From: Podarcis vaucheri
Taxonomy: Eukaryota
Assembly (NCBI GenBank): GCA_965113315.1
Contig: OZ220365.1
DNA length: 64,000 bases
Reading direction: 5' to 3' (one strand)
Made by a program: the position numbers and the translations under genes. A model generated the notes under the pieces. That model worked only from the letters and a program-made list of their open reading frames with translations. It was not told the origin of the DNA and did no database searches. Positions 52,591-64,000 of this stretch are shown piece after piece; the stretch's first letter is position 1; each line of letters opens with the position of its first letter.

Positions 52591-54619
52591 CTGGCTTTTC
52601 TCTGTTATATTTCCTGAGTGTACAGTAACAAACAGTACCTATTACTAGAGAAGAAATTAGAAAATAACACAGTTTTCATCCCTCTCTGGGAATAATTGGG
52701 ACCATCTCCAATAGCCCATAGAATGCTGATCTTACACCACCTTAGATTTTTGTCCACCTTGTACAGTTTTGCCTGGTTTGACTGTAAATGGCTTTTTAGA
52801 GTCTTAGGCAGAGTTCTTACCCATCACCTCGTCCTTTGGTTTGTTTGTTTTATTGGAGATGCCGAAGATTGAACCTGCAATATTGGACATGCAACATGTG
52901 TTATAGCAATTAACTAGATGCCTCAAGAATTTGGGTTTGACTGTTTCTTTATGGTGAGTTCACATGGTACGATTTGTCCTTTTCATTTACCTATTGAGAA
53001 CCATCCATTATTTTTTTCAGTGCACACTCTAAAATTAACCTTTTTATTACTGGAAGGCTGGTGTTAATACCTTAAACGCCCTAGAAATTTTGATTCAGCA
53101 TACAGCCTGCCTGACATTTTCCACTTCAGAAGACCTCAGGTCAATGTGTTGTGGCAAAGCATATAGCTCTAGTGGCATTTCATGGCCTTCAAATAGTTCA
53201 TGTCATTTAAACATTTCATGACATAAATGTTAATTTTTCAGTGTGATCATTTCTGAGGCATGACATATAATTGAGATGCTGCTTTGGCATAGCATAGTTT
53301 ATTAATACCTAATGAGAAGATAGAAGTATTTTGGTGCAGAAATTTGAAACAGGTTCTGTATTTTACAGCCTAACATAGGTTGATAATGGCTCAAAAGTAT
53401 TTTCACTTGGGATTTTTATTGTTCTTCCAACAGGAATAAATCTAGCTCTCCCCTCCTGCTAGCAGTACATTTCTCATAGTTTGATAATCCAGTCTTACTG
53501 AGCTCTGTATCCCTTTCCTCCCATGTGAATGGCACACAAATTTGTGACTCAAGTCGGCCCATCAAAGTGCAGAGCTGTGGATTGCATTGTATTTTTGCAT
53601 CTAGGTTCTTTGCCAGAAGGCTGACAAAAATTAGAAACCTTTCATACATTACTTCAGGCAAGACTAGATTTGCCAGGAGGACTTTGCATCCAATCACAGT
53701 TTCCTAACAAGGGTACTTGTATGATAAACACAATTGCTGCAATTCACCTGTTATAATCTTAGGTGTGCATTTCAAGCATTGTATGGATACATTTAAACTT
53801 GTAAATATGTGAAGTTGTCCTTATTGTCTAGCATGCCATTCACATGAGTGGTGATCTCTGCTGCATTTCCTATATTTTCTCCATGAGCGTTTGTTTTCTG
53901 CATCCTTTTTTCATATAGGTATGAATATTACTGCACATTATAACATGTTCAGTGTATCTTAACAACTGGCCGTTTAGCTATACAGTGACTGAATACCTGA
54001 TAGGAAGGCTGAGTTTTGAAAGCACAAGGAGGCACTTGCACTCCAATCATAACATTGGTTAAGCTTGTTTTCATTGCAGTAGATGCCAATTAAATTACTG
54101 ATTTTCATAATTATAATTCAGCATGGTAAGAGTCGATAATGAATGTTGTCACACTCAAGCTAAGTTATTACTGTATAGGAGCTCAGGTCTTCCTTCTGTT
54201 GATGTACTAATCCAAGAGTTTGCAAACAACACATTATTCATTTTTTTAAATGTGGATTTCAGCAGTTTACAATGATATAAATTCTACCACATGTTGAATT
54301 GTTTATAGATTGAATGAGCTAAGCAATGCTGAAATGTGTCAGTATTTTGGTAAAATCACACATTATCTCTAGTAAAAAACTCTTTCATTTGAGGAATCTA
54401 TATTACTGCCCCGAAGAGACTGGAGGCACAGCAGTGTTTTAGGCTGCTCAGCCTCCTTGCCTTACAGCTGATGCATGGGGTAGTACAACAGCTACTTTCT
54501 TGCATGTTCTCCAGCCTCTAGCTAGCCCCAAAGCTTCAATTCAAGATATTTTGGTCTGGATTGGAGAGTGTGGGAGAGAGTGCAGGAAAACAGGGGGAAA
54601 ATAGCATTCAGAGGCATTC

Positions 54620-54704
54620 TAGAGGGTGCTCCCCACTTATGTGATTTTCGCTTATGTGTGCAGGGCTCTGGAACGTTATCCTCGCATAAGTAGGGGGGCA
54701 CCTG
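54620..54704. mobile_element. Terminal fragment of a Tigger-like DNA transposon
   Basis: ...cgcataagtaggggggcacctg-TA terminus with internal ccccacttatg repeat; the other end was not located. Confidence 0.55.
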
Positions 54705-54894
54705 TAGGTTCTCCATAGGAAATGGCAATTTTGTAGAGCACTTTTGGACTTTGATTGTGCCACATGGCCTGCAAGCACTTCCCATAGCCTGCTACTAAAA
54801 GCATATTTTAACCTTTGCTGACTAAACTGACGCTGCTGTTCAGGTCTTGAAAATAGTTTGTTTGTTTATTTGTTTCTGTTTCTAAAAGTATGTA

Positions 54895-55688
54895 CCATAT
54901 TTTTCACTCTATAAGACACACTTTTCCCCTCCTAAAAAGTAAGGGGAAATGTGTGTGTGTCTTATGAAGCGAATGCAGGCTCCATGGCTTCAGCGAAAGA
55001 AACACGAAGCCTCCAGTGCACACCGACCCCTCTCGTTCTCCTGGCTTCAGGGATAGCCACCAGAAGCCTCCGGAGTGCAGCGGGAGTTCCTGCTGCACTC
55101 CAGAGGCTTCGTGTTGCTTTCTTACATGTCCTCCAGCCTCCAGTGGCCCAAAAGCTTCAACTCAATATATTTTGGTCTGGATTGGAGAGATCGTGGGAGA
55201 ATGCTGGAAAACAGGGGGGAAATAGCATAGAAAGAAAATAGAAAGAAGCCCCTCTCGCTTTCCTGGCTTCAGGGATAGCCTCCGGAAGCCTCCGGAGCAC
55301 AGCGGGACGTCCCGCTGCACTCCTCCTGCTTCGCGTTGCTTTCACTGAAGCCTGGAGAGCGAGAGGGGTCGGTGCGGACCAACCCCTCTCATTCTCCTGG
55401 CTTCAGGGATAGCCGCTGGAAGCCAGGAGAGCAAGAGGGATTGGTCCACACCGATCCCTCTCGCTTTCCTGGTTTCGCTTCGCTGGAGAGGTGCTGCGCA
55501 GCTTTCCCTCTCTGCGCAGCGCCCCCTTCAGCGAAGCGGGAGGAGAAATAGACGGGGCTCTGTTTCTCCTGCCGCTTCGCTGAAGGGGCGCTGCGCAGAG
55601 AGAGAGAGAATATTTTTTTTCTTGTTCTCCTCCTCTAAAACTAGGTGTGTCTTATGGTCGGGTGCGTCTTATAGAGCGAAAAATACTG
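54895..55688. mobile_element. Mariner-like MITE, long form with internal repeats
   Basis: Same terminal sequences as 6377-6635; three ctggcttcagggatagcc repeats; GC-rich hairpin at 55508-55602. Confidence 0.88.
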
Positions 55689-56896
55689 CCCACTCATATA
55701 TCAAAGCAGTGCACAACATATAATATTGTAAAGCAATACGAAATAATTGCAGGAATGACTGCCTCATCTAAGAAAAGTGGGGGGGGGGATTAAACAACTG
55801 AATAATAGACTTGTTGGCATGTTGTTGTTATATTCCTCCAATCTAAGCTAGATATTCTGGCTGGACGAGAATTTAATTGAATGTTTCCCACTTCCCTTGT
55901 CCTTGGAGGTTCGGGTGCTTCTAAAAATAAGTTTCTGATGGTTGGGGAACCCTCTGGAGCTGGAAGAGGAAATCAGCAGGGGGCTTGCACAAGCTGAGGT
56001 GTGTTTCTGCTCATACAAGAGCACCTTGGAATCCAAGCCATCAATTTTAAAAGCCATTTGCTTTATTTTTATTTGTGCCTGAAGAAAAGCTCTATAAATC
56101 TAAATCCCCTAAGCATTTTATTTAGGAACAAAGATCATACACAAGGATGATTTTGTCTTTTCCATTCTGAAAGTATGACAGTTAAATATTCTTGTCAGTT
56201 GCTCGAAGGATTAAAAATCTTATTAAAGCATCTGAAAGGGTGTTTTTTTCTCCCTTTTTTGCTGGTTTCCATCTCTGCCTTTCTCTCATTATTGGTTCTT
56301 TCTTTATAAATATTCATACTTTATCTAGAACTAATCGGTACTATGTTCTCAAATTAGCTGAGATGTTTGCCTTGGTGTACAGCCAATTAGCAGGAATCCA
56401 GGGATGTTATCCATTGACAGCTGGAAAGAGATCTCTAACAGCAGCATAAGGGGCTCCAGTATTACATAGTATTGGTGCATTAAGATTACATATTAGGATT
56501 TTAAACAGCATTCTGTCTACTGTTTTTAATTAGCAGTGTTTACTAGGAGAACATTGCAAAAAATGTATTCTTAAAACAACAGATAAAGGCAGATGTAACA
56601 GCTGTGATAGACTTTTGCTCTCCGGGACTACAGTCTGAAAATAGTGGCTTTGCACATTTGCAGCAGAAGCAAACTGTAAATGCCACAAAAGGCCACTTTA
56701 CAGCTCCCTAGAAGTTGTTTTACTCCTCTGTGGAGAATGTCAGAGAATCAACCATCTGGCCTGAAGATAGGCACTCCTCCTCCACTCTGTAGTCTTACTC
56801 CTGGTATACTCCCTGTGCCACTGTATCTGTGAACAGCTGTGGATGGTGGCATCTGGTTCTTTAGGTTCACAGGTAGTTGCTTGTGGGAGTCTTGGC

Positions 56897-57560
56897 CAAG
56901 ACCGTCTTTACTGAGGGTGCAAGGGGTGCAGGACACCCCGGCACCGAATTCTGGGGGGCGCCAGGCACCCGCCGCTGAAGCCGCCTAAGCTCTTAACTAT
57001 CTATCTGTTATGAAATAATAAATAATTTTCATCAAGCTAGAAAAACAAAATACATATATACCTAGTTATTACCAAAATATATACCTACTGTTTCACTAAA
57101 GGACTTTCAACTTTGTGTGCTTATTTACCAAAGATGCGATGCGCCAGCAGCGGCGCTTGTCATTCACTTTGGCGCATTTTAATTTCATCACTTACAGTTC
57201 AAATTCGTTTAGAGAAATTGTTTTTAAAAATAGTGTTTATTTTCACTAATTGTTGGCATTTTCTTTGACTAACTCCTTAGTACTTAGGGCTCTACTACAC
57301 ATGCGTTTCAGCATGCGATTTTAGTTTTCCATTTCCGCAAAAACGCACCTAGAGCACACACTATGAATTCTGTGAGCTGCATTTTTTCTTCATTTTACGA
57401 TGAATGCTAAGCGAGAAACACATTTCTTTTTCCTCCCTTCTTTCGTAAACAGGAGATAAGGCGTAAGCGTAGTGTCTGACATAAGCATAATAAAAGTTAA
57501 TTTAGGGGCGCTGGGTGGATCTTTGCACCCCCGGCGGTGCATATGCTAAAGACGGCCCTG
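56897..57560. mobile_element. hAT non-autonomous element
   Basis: caagaccgtcttta ... taaagacggccctg; perfect 8-bp TSD gtcttggc (56889-56896, 57561-57568). Confidence 0.88.
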
Positions 57561-58537
57561 GTCTTGGCAGTGACCATACAGGACCTGCTGGTCTAGGAGG
57601 AACTTCTGAGGAATCCTGTCTGGCAGCCTAAGGCAGAGTGGTTCACTGATCACCAGCAGCTGGCCTAGAGAGCCTTGAACATGACCTGACTCCTTAGCTG
57701 GTGCCTCTGCAGCCTCCATGCTTGCTCTGTTAGCACATGCTCTGCTATCAGGAGTGTTCCATGGGCATTGCTCTCCAAGTTACATTGTGCTTTTCTGTAG
57801 GACTGCTATGATGGATTTCCAGATCATAGCATTTCCTGATAATAGGCCCATATTCTTCATGATGATAGGAACTAAGCAAAATGGCATTCATTTCTTTGGT
57901 ACTTATCTGCTTTCAGAAAATATGGATGCTTCGGCAAAGAATGAATAATCAGAGTAGATAAAGTTGTAAATATTTATGTTTCTGGAAGCATCGTGAGAAG
58001 AGGAGGGGAGTGCTTATCTCATGACTCGATTAGATTGCAATAATCTTTTCAGAAAACTTTGTGGTTGCCTCAGTTCCAAAAAAATTCATTAAATCCCATA
58101 ATAAAATCCTAAAATGAACAAATCCCAAACCATTATTCCATTGAGATTGTAGATAAAAAAGAATGTGAAGATACAATGTTGTGTTGTGTAATAGAATAAA
58201 GGTGTGCAGAACATATTTCTGAAAGTTGCATTAATACGACCTCAAAACGCCCTTTGAGAATCTACTTTGAGCAAAAACACCTTGGTTAGAGTATTAAAGC
58301 CCTTCAATAACATTTATCATTTGTTATTTGTACAAGTCATACAACTTTGCTTCATTGCTGTTACAATGTCTGTACTTTATAGCTTTATATATTACAGGGT
58401 TACTTTTTTGCTGCGAAGTTTTTTTTTAGAAAAAAAATCATTTATTTAATGTTTACAGTCTTGATAATAATTTCAAAACAATTGCACATGCTAGTTTGGT
58501 GTGACTTCCTGTACTGTTACTAAGAGACCATGCAGAC

Positions 58538-58868
58538 CAGCCTTTCTCTGCCTGGATGGCAACTTCCATCAGCCCCAGCCAGCATAGTCAGTGGTTAGAG
58601 CAGACCTTTCCAAACTTTCCATGTTGGCGACGCACTTTTTAGACATGCATCATTTCACGACACAGTAGTTCAGTTTTATTAGCAAACCGGAGGTTCGACT
58701 AGCCCCTTTCCAGCCCTGGGAGGAGTGTGGGGAGCGTTCATGCAAGACACCTACACACTGCAGCCGACACACTAATGTGTCATGACACACAGTTTGGGAA
58801 GCTCTGGGTTAAAGGATGGTGGGTACTGCAGTCCAACAACTGTTGGAGGACACCATTTTGGCTGCTGC
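58538..58868. mobile_element. hAT MITE (caactcccatc core) split by a nested hAT element
   Basis: The core halves caacttccatcagccccagcc and gatggtgggtactgcagtccaaca flank the insert. Confidence 0.65.
58601..58806. mobile_element. Nested hAT (Charlie-like) MITE
   Basis: cagacctttccaaact ... agtttgggaagctctg; TSD ggttagag / ggttaaag. Confidence 0.85.
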
Positions 58869-60504
58869 TCATCTAACTGTAGTCCAACAGCAGTTGCAGC
58901 AGCCACCATCGTCTAGAGAGATTCCCTTGAGTGTGTTCACTGGGGGACGAGCCAATGCTGTATCCTCAAATGCTGAAACACTGCATGAGAGGATTCAAGT
59001 AGATGCTCTTCTTGTATAAAGTGGCAGAACCCTTGCTCTCACTGGCTCCCACTAGTGGCAGTAGAAGCATGGTAGATAATGGATTCAATCTTAAGGTAAG
59101 TTAATTTAAGGAAGTTTAAGAAAATAGAGTTTCCTGCTCCCTCCTCCCCTGCAGCCGCTTGCGTTCCCCTAAAAGTCTCTCTGGAGAGATGGGAAGCACT
59201 CATTAACATTGTGGAGTGGGGCACGGAGGGCTGCTGAGCAGTAAAATTAAATCAGGGTGTATCCGAGGCAGGAAAGTTCAGCTGAAATCAAGTCTGGCTT
59301 CCTTCCTTCCTTTATTTATAACTGTGTTCTCTTGAGAACAAATGTATGCCTTGAAAACATACATGCTTTAACTACTTCATGCTATCATGCTTTAACTACT
59401 TCATACACATTCCAAGTCAGTAAATAGTAGTGAACATATAGATGTTTTCCTAATGCTACTGATGTTCATTCCTTTCGTCTGCTTAGTGATGAAGGATAGA
59501 AAGCTCCCAAGCCAAGCACTGGAAATGTTGTGGTGCTTGGGATGCAGAATTATGGGTAGAACCTTTCATATCAAGGCTGACACCATCACTTTTATTGAAC
59601 AACACTGCATCTCAGTTTAAATGAAGATTTATTTATTTGTATGCTGTGAGCTAAATATACTCTCAAGGGGAGGAAGAAGTGGAAGCTTTTATTTTAAATT
59701 CAGTCTACTTTCCACTTATCAGCTTAGCTTCCCTCTCAAATACTGAGTTCAAGATTTCACTGGGAGGAAACATTTTAAAAAGCTTCTTTCCTAAAGCATA
59801 GATAATCTTTTCTATATAATGGCAGTCTTTTCAGAAGACAGGATAATGAATGCACAGGGCAAAGTGCATGTCCTTTAAAAAAATAAAATAGCATGTACTT
59901 CAATAGCAACTCATACATTTTCTTCTTTTTGCCTAATTGTCAAATCACTTTTTAAACTAAGGGGAAGAAGTAAACATTACATACAAATATGCGCAGCAAA
60001 GCCCCAAATGTTTTGAACCCAAACTAATATAAACATATTTTAAAGATTTTTTAAAAAAACAACTCAATATCTTTGGCACCTTACCCCAAATAAATTAAAC
60101 GAGGTAACTCAAAATAATTGTTGGAGATGTAGGACACAAAGGGCAGAATTACATACATTCTTGAGCTGCCCCAAAGTTCTGAATTTCTAGGCCCCTTATA
60201 CGTAGCAACTGCAAATCCACAAGTGATATTACTGGAATATATAAAAGAGGAGGTGAAATAATAGTTATTTTAAGCTGCAGAAACCTGTGTTGCCAAAAAC
60301 TGATATAAGAGAAACCCCCAATGGTAACCTGTTGATTTGGAAAAAAAATGTGTACAATATGATCAAATTAACATATTGTAGGAGAATTCATAACAAGCAG
60401 CCTCTACCCATGCTATCCCTGCCACTTATCAGCTATTCTTTGTTGTTATTCTAGTGGAGGTTACTGTGTAGAAGTGGATTGGATGGATAGATAGATAGAT
60501 AGAT

Positions 60505-60635
60505 AAAGGTAAAGGTAAAGGTACCCCTGCCCGAACGGGCCAGTCTTGACAGACTCTGGGGTTTGTGCGCCCATCTCACATCTATTGGCCGGGGGCCAGC
60601 GCTGTCCGAAGACACTTCCGGGTCACGTGGCCAGA
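60505..60635 (-). mobile_element. 5'-truncated Sauria SINE variant embedded in (GATA)n
   Basis: aaaggtaaaggtaaaggtacccctg..gactctgggg..ttccgggtcacgtggccag, flanked by GATA repeats at 60486-60504 and 60635-60672. Confidence 0.85.
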
Positions 60636-60640
60636 TAGAT

Positions 60641-60672
<32 letters not shown>

Positions 60673-60790
60673 ATGGCTGACACTGACTGTCTTCCAAGTT
60701 TACACCATTTGTTTTAAAAGAGAACATTAAGTTGGGGGTGGGCATTTATAGATGCACAGTGCTAATCAATACAGTTGCATTCCTATATCC

Positions 60791-60909
60791 CAGCCTTCCT
60801 CACCATAGTGCCCTCCAGAGGTGTTGGACAACAACTCCCATCAGCCCCAGCTAGCATGGTAAAAAATCAGGGAGGATGGGAGATGCAGTCCAAAGCACCT
60901 GGAAGGCTG
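60791..60909. mobile_element. hAT MITE (caactcccatc core)
   Basis: cagccttcc ... ggaaggctg TIR with the shared palindromic core. Confidence 0.75.
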
Positions 60910-61010
60910 CTATAGTATAATTTTGTGGCCCTGTATTTTATTGTTGTTTTAGACTTACATGAACAATATTGCTTCTTCAAAATAACTGCATTCTGTTTTT
61001 CCCCCTACAG

Positions 61011-61249
61011 CCTTAACAAGTCAGAACACATTTAAGAAGAAATATCTATTCATCCCTTTTGCATCTGGAGCCTTTTTACCATATCACTGATCTCTCTTAT
61101 AAACTCTGAAGGCTTTTGAGCACTGAAGACTGGCAGACATAAATTCTTCTTTGAATGTTCTTGGTCTAAAGTAGATGTATCCGATCTTCTGGATGAGTAT
61201 AAGGATAAGAAGGTTGGTGGATTATTTGAAAGCCTACAGCTTCAGAACT
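61011..61249 (+). other. Candidate internal exon, probably 5' UTR
   Basis: Strong acceptor ttctgttttt ccccctacag| preceded by a branch-like taactgc; donor act|gtatgt at 61250; no repeat features. Confidence 0.35.
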
Positions 61250-61352
61250 GTATGTTTCTGTGTATATAGTACAGTGGGGTGGGCGGGCAGAGTTAATAGA
61301 TGTCTGTTTTCCATGAGCGGTATAGCATTTTATTTATACTTGGGAGAGAGAA

Positions 61353-61390
61353 CCTTCCTTCCTTCCTTCCTTCCTTCCTTCCTTTCTTTC
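61353..61390. repeat. (CCTT)n microsatellite
   Basis: CCTT run grading into TTTC. Confidence 0.95.
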
Positions 61391-63536
61391 TTTTTGGAAT
61401 GTCATGGAACAGATTTCCTACTGGAAAGGCATCCAGTGATTTCTCTCGATCTGACAGATTTGCTTTTGCATATTCCAAAACTGATTTAACCTGAACGTAT
61501 CAAATGGCATGTTGTATCACTGAAAAAAAAATACCTATGCTTGTATTGGGTGTGAGTGCTGTATCTATACAAAAATTGCAACACTTTAGGTGAATATAGA
61601 ATTAATTAATGGGAAGCTGCATTCGATAATGGAGTGGAATGAATTGGGACCATGACACTTGTGCTTGGAGAGCATTAACTCTTTCTCTTCCTCATTCATG
61701 ATGGAAATCTCACCCAAAGAAGCCATGATTAACCAATGAGGTTTCTTTTTAAAAAGACAGCTATCCAGATACCCCTTTCCCAAATCTCTCCAGCTGATAT
61801 CACCTTTGGTGGTGGGCATTTTCACTGAGGAACCAGGATTTAAAACCCTCCTTCTGCACTGCTGCCCTGAACCACTCCACTCCTGCTTTTAGCTGAAGAA
61901 AAAAAAATGTCAGGCAATCTGATCATGGATATTCCAAGTTGTATCTAGCTTGGCCCTAAGAGATTAATTACTGATCCATAGTTTATATACATGCTGTTAA
62001 TGCCGCAGGGGAAAACCCCAATGTTTATTAGAAACTACTCTAACGAGATCACCAGGTAATGTATGGCAAAGGGGACACAGAAGGTTTTGCCACTTACTGT
62101 CCCCCCAGTGTACTTACCTTAGTTAAGGACTTTTGGACTTTGGGGCTTTCTCTGGCCTCTGCTGTTTATACTCCCTCGTTTCCTTGGGGGTTCTCATATC
62201 TCATTTCACACTGCCCACTTTTTGCAGCTGAAAATGAATGTATTTGTTTGACTTGATATATATGTGATACCTTATCATAGTGGCAAGTGAATATTCCCCA
62301 TTGCAGAAGATTCTTAACTGAAGAACGTTGGAAGTAATTAACTAAAAACTTCAAATGTACTGTTCTTTATCAGCATTTTAAAAAGGTGTTTTTCCTTTGA
62401 TATCTCCCCTCTCTCTCTCTTTCTCCAATTTATTGCTCATACACTCCATAGTGCAACAGTGACTATAATGTTAGACTATAATGTTAGACTTGGAGGAGAC
62501 AGACCTAGCTTTAAATCTGTATAACCACCATGTGCTGCATGTACATGTATAGGACTGAACATGTCTCATCAGGATGTGATGACTCCCTGTTGTTCACTGG
62601 ACTGCCTCTACCAGTTAAACTGTGGAGTTTTGTTTTGAAGTCTTAGGTCAGCTTTCATTCAACATTTGATACGTGATGCCTACTTACACATACAAGTTAC
62701 CAGTCAAAGTTGCAGTTCTTAAGCTAGGAACATGCATGTGTGAATTCATTTAAAGTTTCCACCTCTACTTTTAAAAGACTCTCATAGCCTCTGTAGGGCA
62801 GAGAATGGGTAAGGCAGAACATAAACATGCCATGATAAACAGCTGAAGAGCTGGAAAGTCTGCTAGGCAGAAAATACAAGAGCCTTCATTTCAAAATGCT
62901 CCCTTTGCACCAGTCTAGGTATTCTGCCGCCAAAGCACTTTGAAAATCAGGTGTGTGGAGGGGATTGAGAATAATTTATTCTAAGTTTTTTCTGCCTTGG
63001 CTATTATAAGGCATGGGAGTATGGTGATTAATAAAGACAAAACTAAAACTTCGCAGTGTTACTACATTGTAATTTCCACTTTGTGGTAAATGATACCATA
63101 TAAATCCCTCAGCAGAATTATACTGTGGTACTCAATCTGTCTGCCTTTTAGTATGTCTGTAACTACTGTGTGCATGCTGTATATATTATTTCTCCAGTTA
63201 TAAACCATAAATAAGAGACAGACAACATGCAGTCCTTTATCAGAAGAGACTTATGTCCCAATGGCATCAATTAGCTATTCCAAATACAAGAAGAAAAAAC
63301 CCATTGCATAATAAATGTAACAGAGCAGCAACGAAAGCATGCAACTAAAGCTCTGCACTAAAGTGAATAATAATACGTCAGTGATCTTTCAATGGGAAAT
63401 GGTAACAGGTATGGGGAAATATTGTAACTGGTTTAACAAAAAATAATAATGAATTTACTTTTGAATAAATGCAGCTGTGATAGCTGTGGTAGTAAACTCC
63501 ATGTTTTCAATAAGAAGCATAGAATACTCTCTTGCA

Positions 63537-64000
63537 TGTCGAGGTCCCCAAGCCACCCTCAAATAAAACACAATTCACACAGAATTTTTGTTTAAGGTTT
63601 TTGACTTAATTTTTTGGCCACAACTTTATTGATTACAGAATGTAAGTGGTTGCTTAGGCATTGGTTTGCGACTATCTGTTCCCACCTAGAGGTAGGAACA
63701 GAACTGACATCCGCAAGCCTGCGAAAGTCAATAAGGGAAAACATTTTGGGGAGAGAATAGAGCTGGGTGCCAGGCCCTCACCTCTCCCCAAATGCTCCCA
63801 GGGGCTCTTGCGTGGCCCTAGCCCTAGCCCCTTGACAGGGGTTCGGACAAGAGCATGACGAGCCCCTTGATTCCGTTAATGGAATACCCTTGCAGCAGCA
63901 GCATTGGAGGGGCAGGCACAGCCAACATACTCCCTCCACCAACCAAATTTAACCAATGTCTAACCGCAACCCTACAAGTTGTGAAGATTTTGCTATGCAG
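63537..64000 (-). mobile_element. Probable LTR/DIRS-type retroelement terminus, cut by the window end
   Basis: Compositional shift beginning tgtcgagg (minus-strand end ...ACA); minus-strand aataaagttgtggcc polyA-signal-like motif; CpGs retained. Confidence 0.4.

Overview
This 64 kb window is vertebrate genomic DNA from a squamate reptile, most likely a lacertid lizard (inferred from four Sauria-SINE copies, CR1 and L2 relics, many hAT and Tc1/mariner MITEs, and Penelope fragments). I found no credible protein-coding exon; the long ORFs at 12.1-13.9 kb are GC-rich artefacts. A CpG island at about 12.15-13.95 kb looks like the promoter and non-coding first exon(s) of a + strand gene I cannot name, with donors at 12737 and 13413. 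A long intron follows, and there is a candidate internal exon at 61011-61249. Most notable signals: (1) two Penelope-like fragments carry a minimal type I hammerhead ribozyme, intact on the - strand at 52471-52508 and core-mutated on the + strand at 16561-16598; (2) an inverted copy of local flanking DNA with an A-tract, bracketed by a 14-bp direct repeat, abuts a Sauria SINE (22686-22838); (3) a mariner-like MITE contains a ~110-bp block also present ~620 bp upstream; (4) hAT MITEs are nested and modular. Family names come from recognition by eye, not from database searches.
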